In this document: positions 16,840-25,544 of the stretch, piece by piece
Position numbering within the stretch: the stretch's first letter is position 1
Layout of the letters: the number at the start of each line of letters is the position of its first letter
Assembly: GCA_964452145.1 (NCBI GenBank)
Contig: CAYVLA010000039.1
Span: 1 to 27,240 of the forward strand
From: Candidatus Hadarchaeota archaeon
GTDB lineage: Archaea; CAYQAE01; CAYVLA01
DNA length: 27,240 nucleotides
Reading direction: 5' to 3'
The notes under the pieces: model-generated
Databases searched by the model: none
Told to the model about the DNA's origin: nothing
What the model saw: the letters and a program-made list of their open reading frames with translations, nothing else
Program-made: the position numbers and the translations under genes

Positions 16840-17095
16840 ACCTCCGGAGGTCAACCATGCATTGGGTCGTTGCGTCCCGGGTCCCGGATACATGTCAGCG
16901 GGGTGTCCGCGCCCTCAGGAGGTGATGAGAAGGCGTTTCAAGCCAGGGATGCAGCCCGCCAAGAACCCGACTAGAGGAACGCGCGTGGAATCCGATCTTG
17001 CGGAGAAGTGGCCACAGTGTTTACTGAGAGCACCGAAGCCCCGCGATGAGGATCCTTTGCAGAAAGGCAAACCCCGTGCCACCGATTCATGAGGT

Positions 17096-19303
17096 CTATT
17101 CGGATCTACGCCCTTCGCGAAACTTCATCTTGCTGACGACCCTGCCTGAGGAATCCCGGATAGTTGCGACTCCATCACACCGGAAGTCGTGCCATGTAGA
17201 ACGAGCCTTGCGACCGTCGGTCCACCATTGAGACCATTCGCCTTTGCCCTCGCCGTCGTGTTTCCATCCCCACAACTTCCTGCCGCCCGGCATCCAGTAG
17301 GTCTCCCTGCCTACCTTGCGGCCGAGGCAGTACTCGGCCTCCCTTTGTAGATCACCGTTTGCGTAGAACCAGCACCCCTTGCCGTGGAGCAGGTATCGAC
17401 CATCGTCCGCAACGCCGCCGCTCCACCTGGCCCGCAGGCCGCCGTCCGGGTACCTCTCCTCGCATTCCCTTGATTCAACGATGCGCGTTGCCGAGGGTTT
17501 CATCGCGGCTCTCTCGTCGTCGTCAGCATCACACAGGATCCAGGCCTCGTTCATCTCGAAGTGAAGGCATGGGTGGTTCATCGTGGTGACGAGGTGGATG
17601 ATGCCGTTCGGGGCCTGGCGGGCAACCGAGTAGCCAATGGTCTCGCCGCCCATCTGTTCGGCCACATGTCTGTTCTCATGCATCTGGGTGCCGGGAAGTC
17701 TGCGCACATGCCAGGTTTCTCCTTCATCGGCTGATAACGCCACGTAGGCCCCGCGCCCAACCGATCCCGGTGGTCGGAAGCCATCCCTTCTCTGGAAGTC
17801 GCCGGCGAAGAACAGCCGGCCGCTCGCAAGACGCAGCAGGGAGGGGCGCTGGTTGGCCCCGAGGCTACAGAACGGTGTTTTCAAGGTGTTCCAAGTTCTT
17901 CCTCCGTCATGTGAGATCGCCTTGGGCATGAATCCATCGATATCGGTGTTCTTGCCGCCCATTCCCAGTATGCTGCCGTCCCTCAGGAGGGCGTAGGTGG
18001 TGTGCCTTCCCGCGCTGCGTCCCCCGGTATCGAACCATGTCCTGCCATCATCCGGGCTTGACCACAGCACCGACGTTCCCCCCAAGCCGTCGCTGGCCAC
18101 GTACATCCTTCCCTCCGCGTCACGGAAGGCGGTGTTCACAGGCTGTCTGGAGTGGGCACCCACTCGCTCGGGGAAGTAAGGGAACCTGACCTCGTCCCAG
18201 GTTGAGCCGCTGTCGCGAGAGGATGTCCAGTGAAAGGGATAGGCACCGACAAGCCTTGGGTTGCCCCAGAACAAGTGTAGGGTGCCTTGATCGTTCCAAA
18301 GAAGCGGCGCATGGTCGTTGACGTTTGGGAAATCGAAGAGGCGGGTCGGCATGTCCCACTCGTCGGCGCCCAGACGCAGTCGGCTGGCAATTAGTGAGAC
18401 CTCGGGCTCATACTCACGGTATGAGGTGTAGATGACCAGCAGCAGATCCCCGTTTGGGCATGCCTCCAACGCTGGGCTGTGGTTGTGGCCCCTGAACGAC
18501 GGGTGGAGGCCCGCCGCATCGATCTCCTCTCTTGGGGAGTTGTCGGGCGGCATGGGGAGAAGATACCTCTTCCGAAAGTAGGGCTTTGTCGGATCGGGTC
18601 CCTGCAGTACGCCCATGGCTGACTGCTTGACGCACTGCTGCACATAGGGTTCATGGCCAGGGATCGGTTCCGTCATCGGCATTGGGGCCTGCACCACTCG
18701 GAATCCTATGCAGTGCCTGCCGAAGAGGTTGGGTGATGCGATATCCACTCCGAAGGCCGGCGGCATGCCGGCCCGATTTGTGGGGCGGAGATAGTCCTCT
18801 CCCGCTGATTCGGGGGTTGGCTCGTCCAAGCCACCTCCGCGTATCACCCTAGCGATCCCGTTACGCGGGCCCACCGGATCAACCTGCTCGTCGCTGGGAT
18901 AATCCCCGTACCAATCCAGGCACCATTCACGGGCACCTTCCAGTAGGTGCCTGACTCCGTGATGGTTGCCTTGGGCAACGTACTCCCATTCCGCCTCGGT
19001 GGGCAGACGGTAGGATCTGCCTTCCCGGGCGCTGAGCCATTCACAGAAGCGAACGGCATCGTACCAGCTGATCCCGGTTACATCCTCCGTCGATCCTCCG
19101 CCTTCAGGGAGGCCGGGCTGGAAGAAGCGGAACTGCTCAAGGGTGATCCTGTCCTCCGAAAGGTAGAAGGATTTCGTCAAAGTCACCTTGTGGACGGGGC
19201 TCTCGTCCCACTTGGCGGGCCGGGCGTCCGAGCCCATCTGGAACGAGCCCGCGTCGATAGGGATCATGACAAGACCGATGGAGTTGCAGAACTGCCGCGG
19301 CAC
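17096..19303 (-). CDS. FGE/SUMF1-fold + BNR/Asp-box (sialidase-like) propeller + MORN-variant repeat fusion protein
   Basis: N-terminal GSFQMGS...[51 protein letters not shown]. Four Asp-boxes ([32 protein letters not shown]). C-terminal [24 protein letters not shown] repeats. Confidence 0.85.
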   Translation of the reverse strand: MPRQFCNSIGLVMIPIDAGSFQMGSDARPAKWDESPVHKVTLTKSFYLSEDRITLEQFRFFQPGLPEGGGSTEDVTGISWYDAVRFCEWLSAREGRSYRLPTEAEWEYVAQGNHHGVRHLLEGAREWCLDWYGDYPSDEQVDPVGPRNGIARVIRGGGLDEPTPESAGEDYLRPTNRAGMPPAFGVDIASPNLFGRHCIGFRVVQAPMPMTEPIPGHEPYVQQCVKQSAMGVLQGPDPTKPYFRKRYLLPMPPDNSPREEIDAAGLHPSFRGHNHSPALEACPNGDLLLVIYTSYREYEPEVSLIASRLRLGADEWDMPTRLFDFPNVNDHAPLLWNDQGTLHLFWGNPRLVGAYPFHWTSSRDSGSTWDEVRFPYFPERVGAHSRQPVNTAFRDAEGRMYVASDGLGGTSVLWSSPDDGRTWFDTGGRSAGRHTTYALLRDGSILGMGGKNTDIDGFMPKAISHDGGRTWNTLKTPFCSLGANQRPSLLRLASGRLFFAGDFQRRDGFRPPGSVGRGAYVALSADEGETWHVRRLPGTQMHENRHVAEQMGGETIGYSVARQAPNGIIHLVTTMNHPCLHFEMNEAWILCDADDDERAAMKPSATRIVESRECEERYPDGGLRARWSGGVADDGRYLLHGKGCWFYANGDLQREAEYCLGRKVGRETYWMPGGRKLWGWKHDGEGKGEWSQWWTDGRKARSTWHDFRCDGVATIRDSSGRVVSKMKFREGRRSE

Positions 19304-19313
19304 GTGAATCCCT

Positions 19314-20495
19314 TCAGGCTTCGTCCCAGCTGTGAAGAAGCATGCCCTCCGGCCAGGGGTAGCTGCCCGGCTTCATCGTGATGTGGAGCCTCTCACATCC
19401 ATCTATCTTCATGCGAACCACGCCCCTGCTCAGTTCTTCGACCGGGAAGAAACGAGTCCATTCCAGCGCGGCGACTATGCCCGAGGAGGTCGCACCGCCC
19501 TCGACGTAGAGCTGTTCGACCGGTGCCTTGTGGAGAACCTTCTTGACCAAGGCAGCAGTGTAATCGCGAAGCCTGTGGGCAAGAGCTGGATCCGAATCGG
19601 GCAGATCGCCCAGAGCAACGATCACTAGGGAGTGTCGTTTAAGCAACCTAGAAGCGTTCTCGACCCACGCGTTCATATGCCTCTCAGGATTGCCTTGGAG
19701 GATCCCTTGCGGCATCCAGGCAATGGGTAGGCCCAGCTTCTTGGCGCGTCCCAGGGCTTGGTGGCTGTAGTCGGACCGGCTGCCACAGACGTAGAGGCTC
19801 TTCTCCCCGCCCTGCGATGGCCGTTCCCTGCCGGCCGAAGCCATTCTGAAACCTCGGGATTTTAGCATTGCCGCGAAGAAATCGGAGGCTCCCGCGGCGA
19901 GACAGGAGGGTGCCAAGCAGGATGCCCAAGCCAGCAGATCCTTCAAGCTCTCGGCCTCCCCGATGGCGATCGTCCCGCAAGGTATGGGTTGCGGGTTTCG
20001 GAAGACCCTCGCCTTGAACGATTCCGACTCGCCGAGCAGATCAAGGACTTCGGACGTTCTGATCGGGTGTTCGAGGTCACGGGAGAAGTCCGTATCGTGC
20101 AGCGGGATTCCTCCTACGAAGTACTTGCCGTTTCGAATGGTTCTCCGGAGAGTGGGATTGGCGGGTATGAGCAGTGCCCTGTCCTTCGCTAGTTCGACAA
20201 GAAGCGTCTCAATCTCCGCCATAAGATTGCCCCTCATGGCGGAGTCCACCTTCTTGTAGATCAGCTCGGCGTCGATTGGCTCGACCGCTCTTGCGGCATT
20301 CCGGACGGAAGCTTGGGACCTGTCCCTCTTCATCGACCGGCTGTCGGTGTCGAGGACGACGACATCCGAGCACGGACGTCGGTATCGTCCTGTCTGGACC
20401 TCAGCGGTCAAGGCGTGACGCAGCGCGACGCCACCTATTTCGGCGGCACCCGTGAGATCGTCGGCGATGGCTGCGATCACGTTTGCATCCCTCAC
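19314..20495 (-). CDS. Four-carbon acid sugar kinase (DUF1537 / DtnK-DenK family)
   Basis: [45 protein letters not shown]. Adjacent to pdxA2. True start may be GTG 20480 after AGGTGA. Confidence 0.92.
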   Translation of the reverse strand: MRDANVIAAIADDLTGAAEIGGVALRHALTAEVQTGRYRRPCSDVVVLDTDSRSMKRDRSQASVRNAARAVEPIDAELIYKKVDSAMRGNLMAEIETLLVELAKDRALLIPANPTLRRTIRNGKYFVGGIPLHDTDFSRDLEHPIRTSEVLDLLGESESFKARVFRNPQPIPCGTIAIGEAESLKDLLAWASCLAPSCLAAGASDFFAAMLKSRGFRMASAGRERPSQGGEKSLYVCGSRSDYSHQALGRAKKLGLPIAWMPQGILQGNPERHMNAWVENASRLLKRHSLVIVALGDLPDSDPALAHRLRDYTAALVKKVLHKAPVEQLYVEGGATSSGIVAALEWTRFFPVEELSRGVVRMKIDGCERLHITMKPGSYPWPEGMLLHSWDEA

Positions 20496-20504
20496 CTACC
20501 GCGA

Positions 20505-21539
20505 CTAAGGCTTGTCGCCGACCAGCTTCGATGCATACATGATCGCCTGTATGAGGCTATCGGGGTTGGCGATCCCCTTCCCGGCCCTGTCGAAAGCGGT
20601 TCCGTGATCCACGGACACCCTCACGATTGGGAGGCCAAGCGTAACGTTGACTCCGCTCACCGACTGCCATTCGCTCTCCTTATCGTCCCAGACGAATCCA
20701 AGTAGCTTGAACGGGATGTGTCCCTGGTCGTGGTACATTGCGACGCACGCATCGTAGAGGCCTGCACTCGCCTTTGGAAAGAGTGTGTCGGGGGGCACGG
20801 GGCCTTCGGCGAGGATCCCAAGCTTCCGTGCCTGCTCCAACGCGGGGATGATCTCAGCGGCCTCCTCATCGCCGAACAGACCGCCTTCGCCTGAGTGGGG
20901 GTTCAGCCCCGCCACGCCGATCTTGGGGTGTCTGATCCCGAGTCTCTTGCAGACATCGTTGGCCAGGCGAATGACGGTAAGAACCCTTTCCTTGTTCACA
21001 AGGTCGCAGGCCTGCCGCAGGGACACGTGAGTGGAGACGTGGATGACTCTCAGGTTCCCGTGCGCCAGAAGCATGGCGTAGTCCCGGGTGTTGGTGAAGT
21101 GGGCAAAGATCTCGGTATGACCGGGGAAATGGTGTCCCGCCGCGTTCAAGGCTTCCTTATTGATCGGTGCTGTGACAATTGCATCGATCTTCCTGTCCAA
21201 GGCCAGGTCAATCGCCCGCGTGATAGCCTCGAAAGCCGCCCTTCCCGCCGTGGGGGACACCTCACCGTGCCTTAGCCCACCAAGATCAACGTTAGACAGA
21301 TCCAGAACGTCCATCACGCCGAAGATGTGCCGTGCCTCTCCCACACTCCTGATCGACCCCACCTTCAAATCAACGCCAGCTATCTTGACCCCCTGCTCCA
21401 TCGCCCCGGCATCGCCGACCACAAGGGGCCTGCAAGCCTTGTAGACCTCACTCCTGGACAGCGCTTTGGCCACTATCTCCGGCCCTATCCCTGAAGGGTC
21501 CCCCATGGTTATGCCCACGATGGGCTTCCTGGTCACCAT
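20505..21539 (-). CDS. pdxA2: PdxA-family dehydrogenase, probably D-threonate/D-erythronate-4-phosphate dehydrogenase
   Basis: ITMGDPSGIGPE, TAPINKEA, GHTE, HVSTHVSL, GLNPHSGE, AMYHDQGHIPFK, NVTLGLP, SVDHGTAFD. Coupling to a DUF1537 kinase is characteristic of PdxA2. Start moved to ATG 21539. Confidence 0.93.
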   Translation of the reverse strand: MVTRKPIVGITMGDPSGIGPEIVAKALSRSEVYKACRPLVVGDAGAMEQGVKIAGVDLKVGSIRSVGEARHIFGVMDVLDLSNVDLGGLRHGEVSPTAGRAAFEAITRAIDLALDRKIDAIVTAPINKEALNAAGHHFPGHTEIFAHFTNTRDYAMLLAHGNLRVIHVSTHVSLRQACDLVNKERVLTVIRLANDVCKRLGIRHPKIGVAGLNPHSGEGGLFGDEEAAEIIPALEQARKLGILAEGPVPPDTLFPKASAGLYDACVAMYHDQGHIPFKLLGFVWDDKESEWQSVSGVNVTLGLPIVRVSVDHGTAFDRAGKGIANPDSLIQAIMYASKLVGDKP

Positions 21540-21572
21540 TGTGCTTCTTCTCAAGGGTAGGAATTGGCTTGG

Positions 21573-21586
21573 CTTATCATATAATC
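21573..21586 (-). promoter_or_regulatory. TATA-like element in front of pdxA2 (internal promoter)
   Basis: Minus strand GATTATATGATAAG in the 82-nt gap after the Fe-ADH stop. Confidence 0.5.
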
Positions 21587-21621
21587 TCTTTCGGCGAGCG
21601 GGGATACTTGGTCGATCACGA

Positions 21622-22770
21622 TCACCATGCCTTTTCATAGATCCCCCGGGCGTCGGAGAGCGTCACTGCTCTCGGGTTGTTCTTGAGCAGTCTGGTCACA
21701 GTCATAGCGGATGCGGCCATCTCGGGCATGGCTTCCCGGGGGATCCCTATCTCGCAGAGTCTCCTGGGCATGCCGCAGGTCTGCATCAGTCCGCGGATTA
21801 TGTCAAGGCCCCGAAAAGCCACCTCCAGGCTCGATGCACCGCCCTCTGCCCCAAGGGAACGAGCTATCTCGGCGTAACGGTCCGGCATCGCAGGGATATT
21901 GAACTCCAGCACGTGGGGCAGGAGCACCGAGTTGGACAGGCCATGGGGAACGCGGAATTCCCCGCCCAGAGGATACGCAAGGGCGTGGACGGCCCCCGTG
22001 TTCACCGGGCCCAGACATAGCCCGCCGTAGAGGCTTGCCAGGGACATCCCCTGCCGGGCCTCCAAGTTGTTGCCGTCTCGGTAGGCAGGCCCAAGGTTGG
22101 CTGCGGCCAGGCGGATGCCCTCCAGCGCATAGAGATCGATCATCGGATGAGCGAAGAGGTTCGCGTAGGCCTCGATGCAGTGGGTTAACGCATCAAAGCC
22201 GGTGTAGGCCGTCACATCCGGGGGTACGCTGACCGTCAGCTCAGGATCCACATAGGCGGAATCCGGTATGAGGTGTGGGCTAACCACGGCCCTCTTGAGT
22301 CGGCTGCCCTCGTCAAGCAGGATCGCATTGGGCGACACCTCGCTCCCGGTACCCGAGGTTGTCGGCAGGCACGCAAGACGGGTCCTTCTTCCGCTCAGCT
22401 TGCCGACTCCGAAAGCGTGGCTAATTCTCTGATCGGAGTCGTTGAACGCTGCAACCAGTTTGGCCATGTCGAGAACGCTTCCGCCGCCGATGCCGACGCA
22501 CAAATCGGGCCGGAAGTCTCGGCAGACCCCCCTTGCGAGCTCAAACATCTCCACGGTAGGCTCGCCCACAACCGAATCCCAGATGGAGACGGTCACCCCG
22601 TCCCTGATCGAATCCATGAGGTCCTCGGCATCGGATCGCATGGCCGGGGCAGTGACGATGAAGGCCCGCCTTGGCTTGCGGGCAGAGAGATCTTGGACAA
22701 GCTGCCAACGGGATCCCAGCCCGAAGGCGATCTTGCCGGGTTGCTCCAGAGTAAGGTTTCCGCCCTGCAT
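21622..22770 (-). CDS. Iron-containing (family III) alcohol dehydrogenase
   Basis: GIGGGSVLDMAK, PTTSGTGSEVS, DALTHCIEAY, GAVHALAYPLG, PHGLSN. ATG 22770 preferred (track GTG 22788); GATATTCATAAG box at 22801-22812. Confidence 0.93.
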   Translation of the reverse strand: MQGGNLTLEQPGKIAFGLGSRWQLVQDLSARKPRRAFIVTAPAMRSDAEDLMDSIRDGVTVSIWDSVVGEPTVEMFELARGVCRDFRPDLCVGIGGGSVLDMAKLVAAFNDSDQRISHAFGVGKLSGRRTRLACLPTTSGTGSEVSPNAILLDEGSRLKRAVVSPHLIPDSAYVDPELTVSVPPDVTAYTGFDALTHCIEAYANLFAHPMIDLYALEGIRLAAANLGPAYRDGNNLEARQGMSLASLYGGLCLGPVNTGAVHALAYPLGGEFRVPHGLSNSVLLPHVLEFNIPAMPDRYAEIARSLGAEGGASSLEVAFRGLDIIRGLMQTCGMPRRLCEIGIPREAMPEMAASAMTVTRLLKNNPRAVTLSDARGIYEKAW

Positions 22771-22940
22771 TCCGATCGACACGATCACGGCTCTCGCCTG
22801 CTTATGAATATCAGCCCGCCCATGCCCGAGGCGCCCGGTCGCTCAGAATCCATCAGCTAACTGAAAGCGGAGATGAGTGCCCTGCTCCTTCTTTGGCCCG
22901 GTACAGGCATAGATCCTCTGCGATGCACTCAGGCCTCGTT

Positions 22941-22958
22941 TCTGATATATTGATAAAC
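22941..22958 (+). promoter_or_regulatory. AT-rich TATA-like element upstream of the MEDS gene
   Basis: TCTGATATATTGATAAAC in the divergent intergenic region; unusually far (~100 nt) from the preferred ATG. Confidence 0.4.
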
Positions 22959-23054
22959 ACCCGGAACAGATGGCACCAGGCAACCGAGCGAATCAGGCCG
23001 GACCCGGGTTATCCAAGGCGCATGAAGATGAGTCGTTCATGTTCAATGCATCCA

Positions 23055-24470
23055 ATGATGAGAGATACAGGAGCGGATTCCGTAGGCAAAATGCCTTGGG
23101 GGACTCACCTGTGCGAGTTCTACCATACGAGGCAGGACTTGCTGAACCTGCTGATCCCCTTCCTCAGGTCGGGGTTGAATGGGAATGAACTCTGTGTCTG
23201 GGTGGCCTCTTCGCCCATAGACCAAGATCTGGCCCGCAGAGTGTCCGAACAATCAGTGCGGACGCCGCTGAAGGGGGGTAACGACGATCAGTTGCTTGTC
23301 TATTCTCACGTCGATTGGTACATGGAGAGCGGATCGTTCAGCCCCGAGAAGGCATTGGGCAACGCAGTGCAGGCCTACGACCGATCCCAAGATCAGGGGT
23401 ATGAGGGGCTCCGGCTCACGGGCAATATCTCGTGGCTCCCGCAACACAGCTGGGTAAGCTTCGCAGAGTACGAGGCAGAGGTCAACGAGATGGCTCAGGA
23501 CAGAAGGGTGATGATCCTATGCACTTATCCGCTGGACGGGTGCAGTAGCTCGCAAATCGAGGACGTCGTGGCCAACCATGGCTGTGTGCTGTGTCGGAGC
23601 ACCAATTGGAGACTCGGTTCTTCAAGAGAGCGAACCGACGCAGCCCGCGAACTTGTAGCCCAGAAGCATTTCAGAGACGCTCTCTTGGGCCTGAATGTGG
23701 ATGGACGGGTCACCGAGATCGAGCAAGCCTTTGAGGAAGCATTGGCCAGGCTTCACGATCGGGAAAGATGGGCGTCAGTCCGAGTCATGTGGGAGGCCGC
23801 CGAGAAACTGGCCGACAAGATGGAATCCTGGTCGGGCAAAAAAATGGAAGAAGTGGTCGGCGATGTTCGGCTCCAGTCCTTGATGGATGATCTCGCTGAG
23901 ATGCATGGATGGATCTCCGGTGCGAGTGTAACAAGGGCCCGCACTCACACAAAGAGGGCGACGCTCAGCGTGGAGGGATGCCGGAGGCTTTCCGCTTGTC
24001 GGTCAGGGTCAACAACTGCTTCCCGTCGAAACGCGTGCCGATGTTTCGCGGACCTAGCCATGGCCGCGATTCTACAGAGAGCCGCCAAGACCCCGCTCAG
24101 GATCGAGACAACCATTGACCGGAATGCCTGCCTTAAGACCATCACGCCAGCCTGGTTCATCGACATGCTGACAAGTCTTGAGGGACTCGGAGTGGAGGGA
24201 GTAGTCATATTGTCAGGCGACCGTGTACACTTCTCCGACATACCCTCCGATGCCGATGCAAAGGCGCTGAGCGAGGCCCTTATCACGGAGGAGGAGGCAC
24301 GCACGAGCGGTGGATTGGAGGGCGGAGGCCTCATTGACTTGGAGGGCAGGAAACTGATCTCTGTAAGGTTCGGCGGTCTCTGGGTATCTGCCACCCTGGG
24401 CCCGGACAGCGATCCGGATCGGGCGTATAGCCGCCTTTCTGAAGCCGTCCGCCGCGCAAGCATATCCTAG
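23055..24470 (+). CDS. MEDS (DcmR-like sensory) domain protein with Cys-rich V4R/MetOD1-like and Roadblock/LC7-like C-terminal regions
   Basis: MPWGTHLCEFY...LIPFLRSGL..NELCVWV, GYEGLRLTGN, FAEYEAEVN, ILCTYPL..C...I.DVVANH form a MEDS domain. C-terminal assignments are weaker. Start uncertain (ATG 23022-23058). Confidence 0.85.
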   Translation: MMRDTGADSVGKMPWGTHLCEFYHTRQDLLNLLIPFLRSGLNGNELCVWVASSPIDQDLARRVSEQSVRTPLKGGNDDQLLVYSHVDWYMESGSFSPEKALGNAVQAYDRSQDQGYEGLRLTGNISWLPQHSWVSFAEYEAEVNEMAQDRRVMILCTYPLDGCSSSQIEDVVANHGCVLCRSTNWRLGSSRERTDAARELVAQKHFRDALLGLNVDGRVTEIEQAFEEALARLHDRERWASVRVMWEAAEKLADKMESWSGKKMEEVVGDVRLQSLMDDLAEMHGWISGASVTRARTHTKRATLSVEGCRRLSACRSGSTTASRRNACRCFADLAMAAILQRAAKTPLRIETTIDRNACLKTITPAWFIDMLTSLEGLGVEGVVILSGDRVHFSDIPSDADAKALSEALITEEEARTSGGLEGGGLIDLEGRKLISVRFGGLWVSATLGPDSDPDRAYSRLSEAVRRASIS

Positions 24471-25276
24471 GCTGACCGGGGCCAGAGGCAAGTCGGCTGG
24501 GTTGTGCGATCCTCAGACGCTCTCTCCACTTCCGAGACAAAGACCGCCATGGCCTCGGCCACTCCTCTCGGCCTCTCTATGAGCAAGCTGTGCGAAGCCC
24601 CGGAGAACCAGAGAACGCGGATGTTCTTTCGCCGGGGAATGTAGAGTTTGGCCAGACTTGGCTTGGGACGGCCTCTGTCCCCCCACATCTCCAGGATCGG
24701 TATCCTCGTTGTTCGAAGGAAATCCAGACCGTCCCATCGTTTCCATATCTGTGCGAACTCCTCGACTTGCTGTTTGGTCCACTTCTTGGTGACCCTCTCC
24801 CGAATCGCCTTTTTCCTCTTGACCTGATCATCGCTCAGGGTGTTCGTTAAGATCTTGTCAAACGCATCCACAGCCGCCTGGTGGCGGGTCCAGCCCTCCA
24901 CAGACATGATGCCTTTGATTCTCGCCGGCCACCTTCGGCCGATCTCCAAGGAGACCATCCCGCCGATGCTGTGGCCCCCCACATAGAACATGCCTAGTCC
25001 AGCCGCATCGGCAGTTGCCATCACATCGCCTGCGAACTGCTCGATCGATCCATTCACAGGCGGAGGCCAGCTTCCCCCGTGTCCCCTGATCTCCGCGACG
25101 ACTATCCTAAGGTACCTGGGAAGATGGGTAATCACCCCATCGAAAACCCTGCAGTCCCCGAAGGATCCGGGTATCAGAAGAAGGTTTGGCCCGGGGCCTG
25201 CGCTTGCGACGTAGGACACATAACCCTCGTCGGTTTCAACCTTCCCTCGCCTGAAATCTCGGTTGCCCAGATGCAT
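24467..25276 (-). CDS. Alpha/beta-fold hydrolase
   Basis: LLLIPGSFG, EIRGHGGS, GGHSIGG nucleophile elbow, MWGDRG, GASHSLLIERP catalytic His. CAGTTATTCT box ~25 nt upstream. Confidence 0.92.
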   Translation of the reverse strand: MHLGNRDFRRGKVETDEGYVSYVASAGPGPNLLLIPGSFGDCRVFDGVITHLPRYLRIVVAEIRGHGGSWPPPVNGSIEQFAGDVMATADAAGLGMFYVGGHSIGGMVSLEIGRRWPARIKGIMSVEGWTRHQAAVDAFDKILTNTLSDDQVKRKKAIRERVTKKWTKQQVEEFAQIWKRWDGLDFLRTTRIPILEMWGDRGRPKPSLAKLYIPRRKNIRVLWFSGASHSLLIERPRGVAEAMAVFVSEVERASEDRTTQPTCLWPRSA

Positions 25277-25324
25277 CGCTGCGAGACGAGACGCGGGAGA
25301 ATAACTGTGTTCCTCTCTGCGACC

Positions 25325-25434
25325 ATGATCCTCGGCCGGAACTCCCGGGCATCAGCCAGCTACTTTATGGGGTGGAGGGATGCCCAAGACCCAGGACAAG
25401 GGCCGGAAGCGGGAGTTCCAGCTGATTGGATCAT
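25325..25434 (+). repeat. Long imperfect nested inverted repeat / candidate structured RNA
   Basis: ATGATCC/GGATCAT, TCGGC/GCTGA, GGAACTCCCG/CGGGAGTTCC and an inner GGCATC/GATGCC pairing. Confidence 0.6.
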
Positions 25435-25505
25435 CTGGTGACGGCGACCTCTCCGTCGAACCTTCTCCCGATCATCGCAACCCAGAGCTGGGGCCCTGCG
25501 GCCCT

Positions 25506-25518
25506 GAAACCCTTAAAT
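25506..25518 (+). promoter_or_regulatory. BRE + TATA-like element for the 25545 gene
   Basis: GAAACCCTTAAAT 27-39 nt before the ATG; closely resembles archaeal BRE-TATA architecture. Confidence 0.65.
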
Positions 25519-25544
25519 CCACGGGTGTCTTGACGTGCGGAAAG

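Noticed and set aside
16922..17030. Archaeal C/D-box sRNA (GTGATGA C-box match)
   Set aside because: No CTGA D'/D boxes at the expected ~12-nt guide spacing; the nearest CTGA is ~95 nt away.
17096..17480. YwqK-like antitoxin of a toxin-antitoxin system
   Set aside because: The MORN-variant repeats are fused to an enzyme-like protein and there is no adjacent toxin.
18680..19303. FGE/CLec-fold domain as a diversity-generating retroelement target
   Set aside because: No reverse transcriptase and no second near-identical copy (template repeat) seen in the window; the domain is N-terminal in a fusion.
20505..21539. Vitamin B6 biosynthesis pdxA
   Set aside because: Context with a DUF1537 kinase indicates the catabolic PdxA2 type; no pdxJ/surA/ksgA nearby.
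24467..24470. Convergent MEDS and hydrolase genes share stop codons in one CTAG
   Set aside because: Real, but a common 4-nt tail-to-tail overlap with no evidence of special function.
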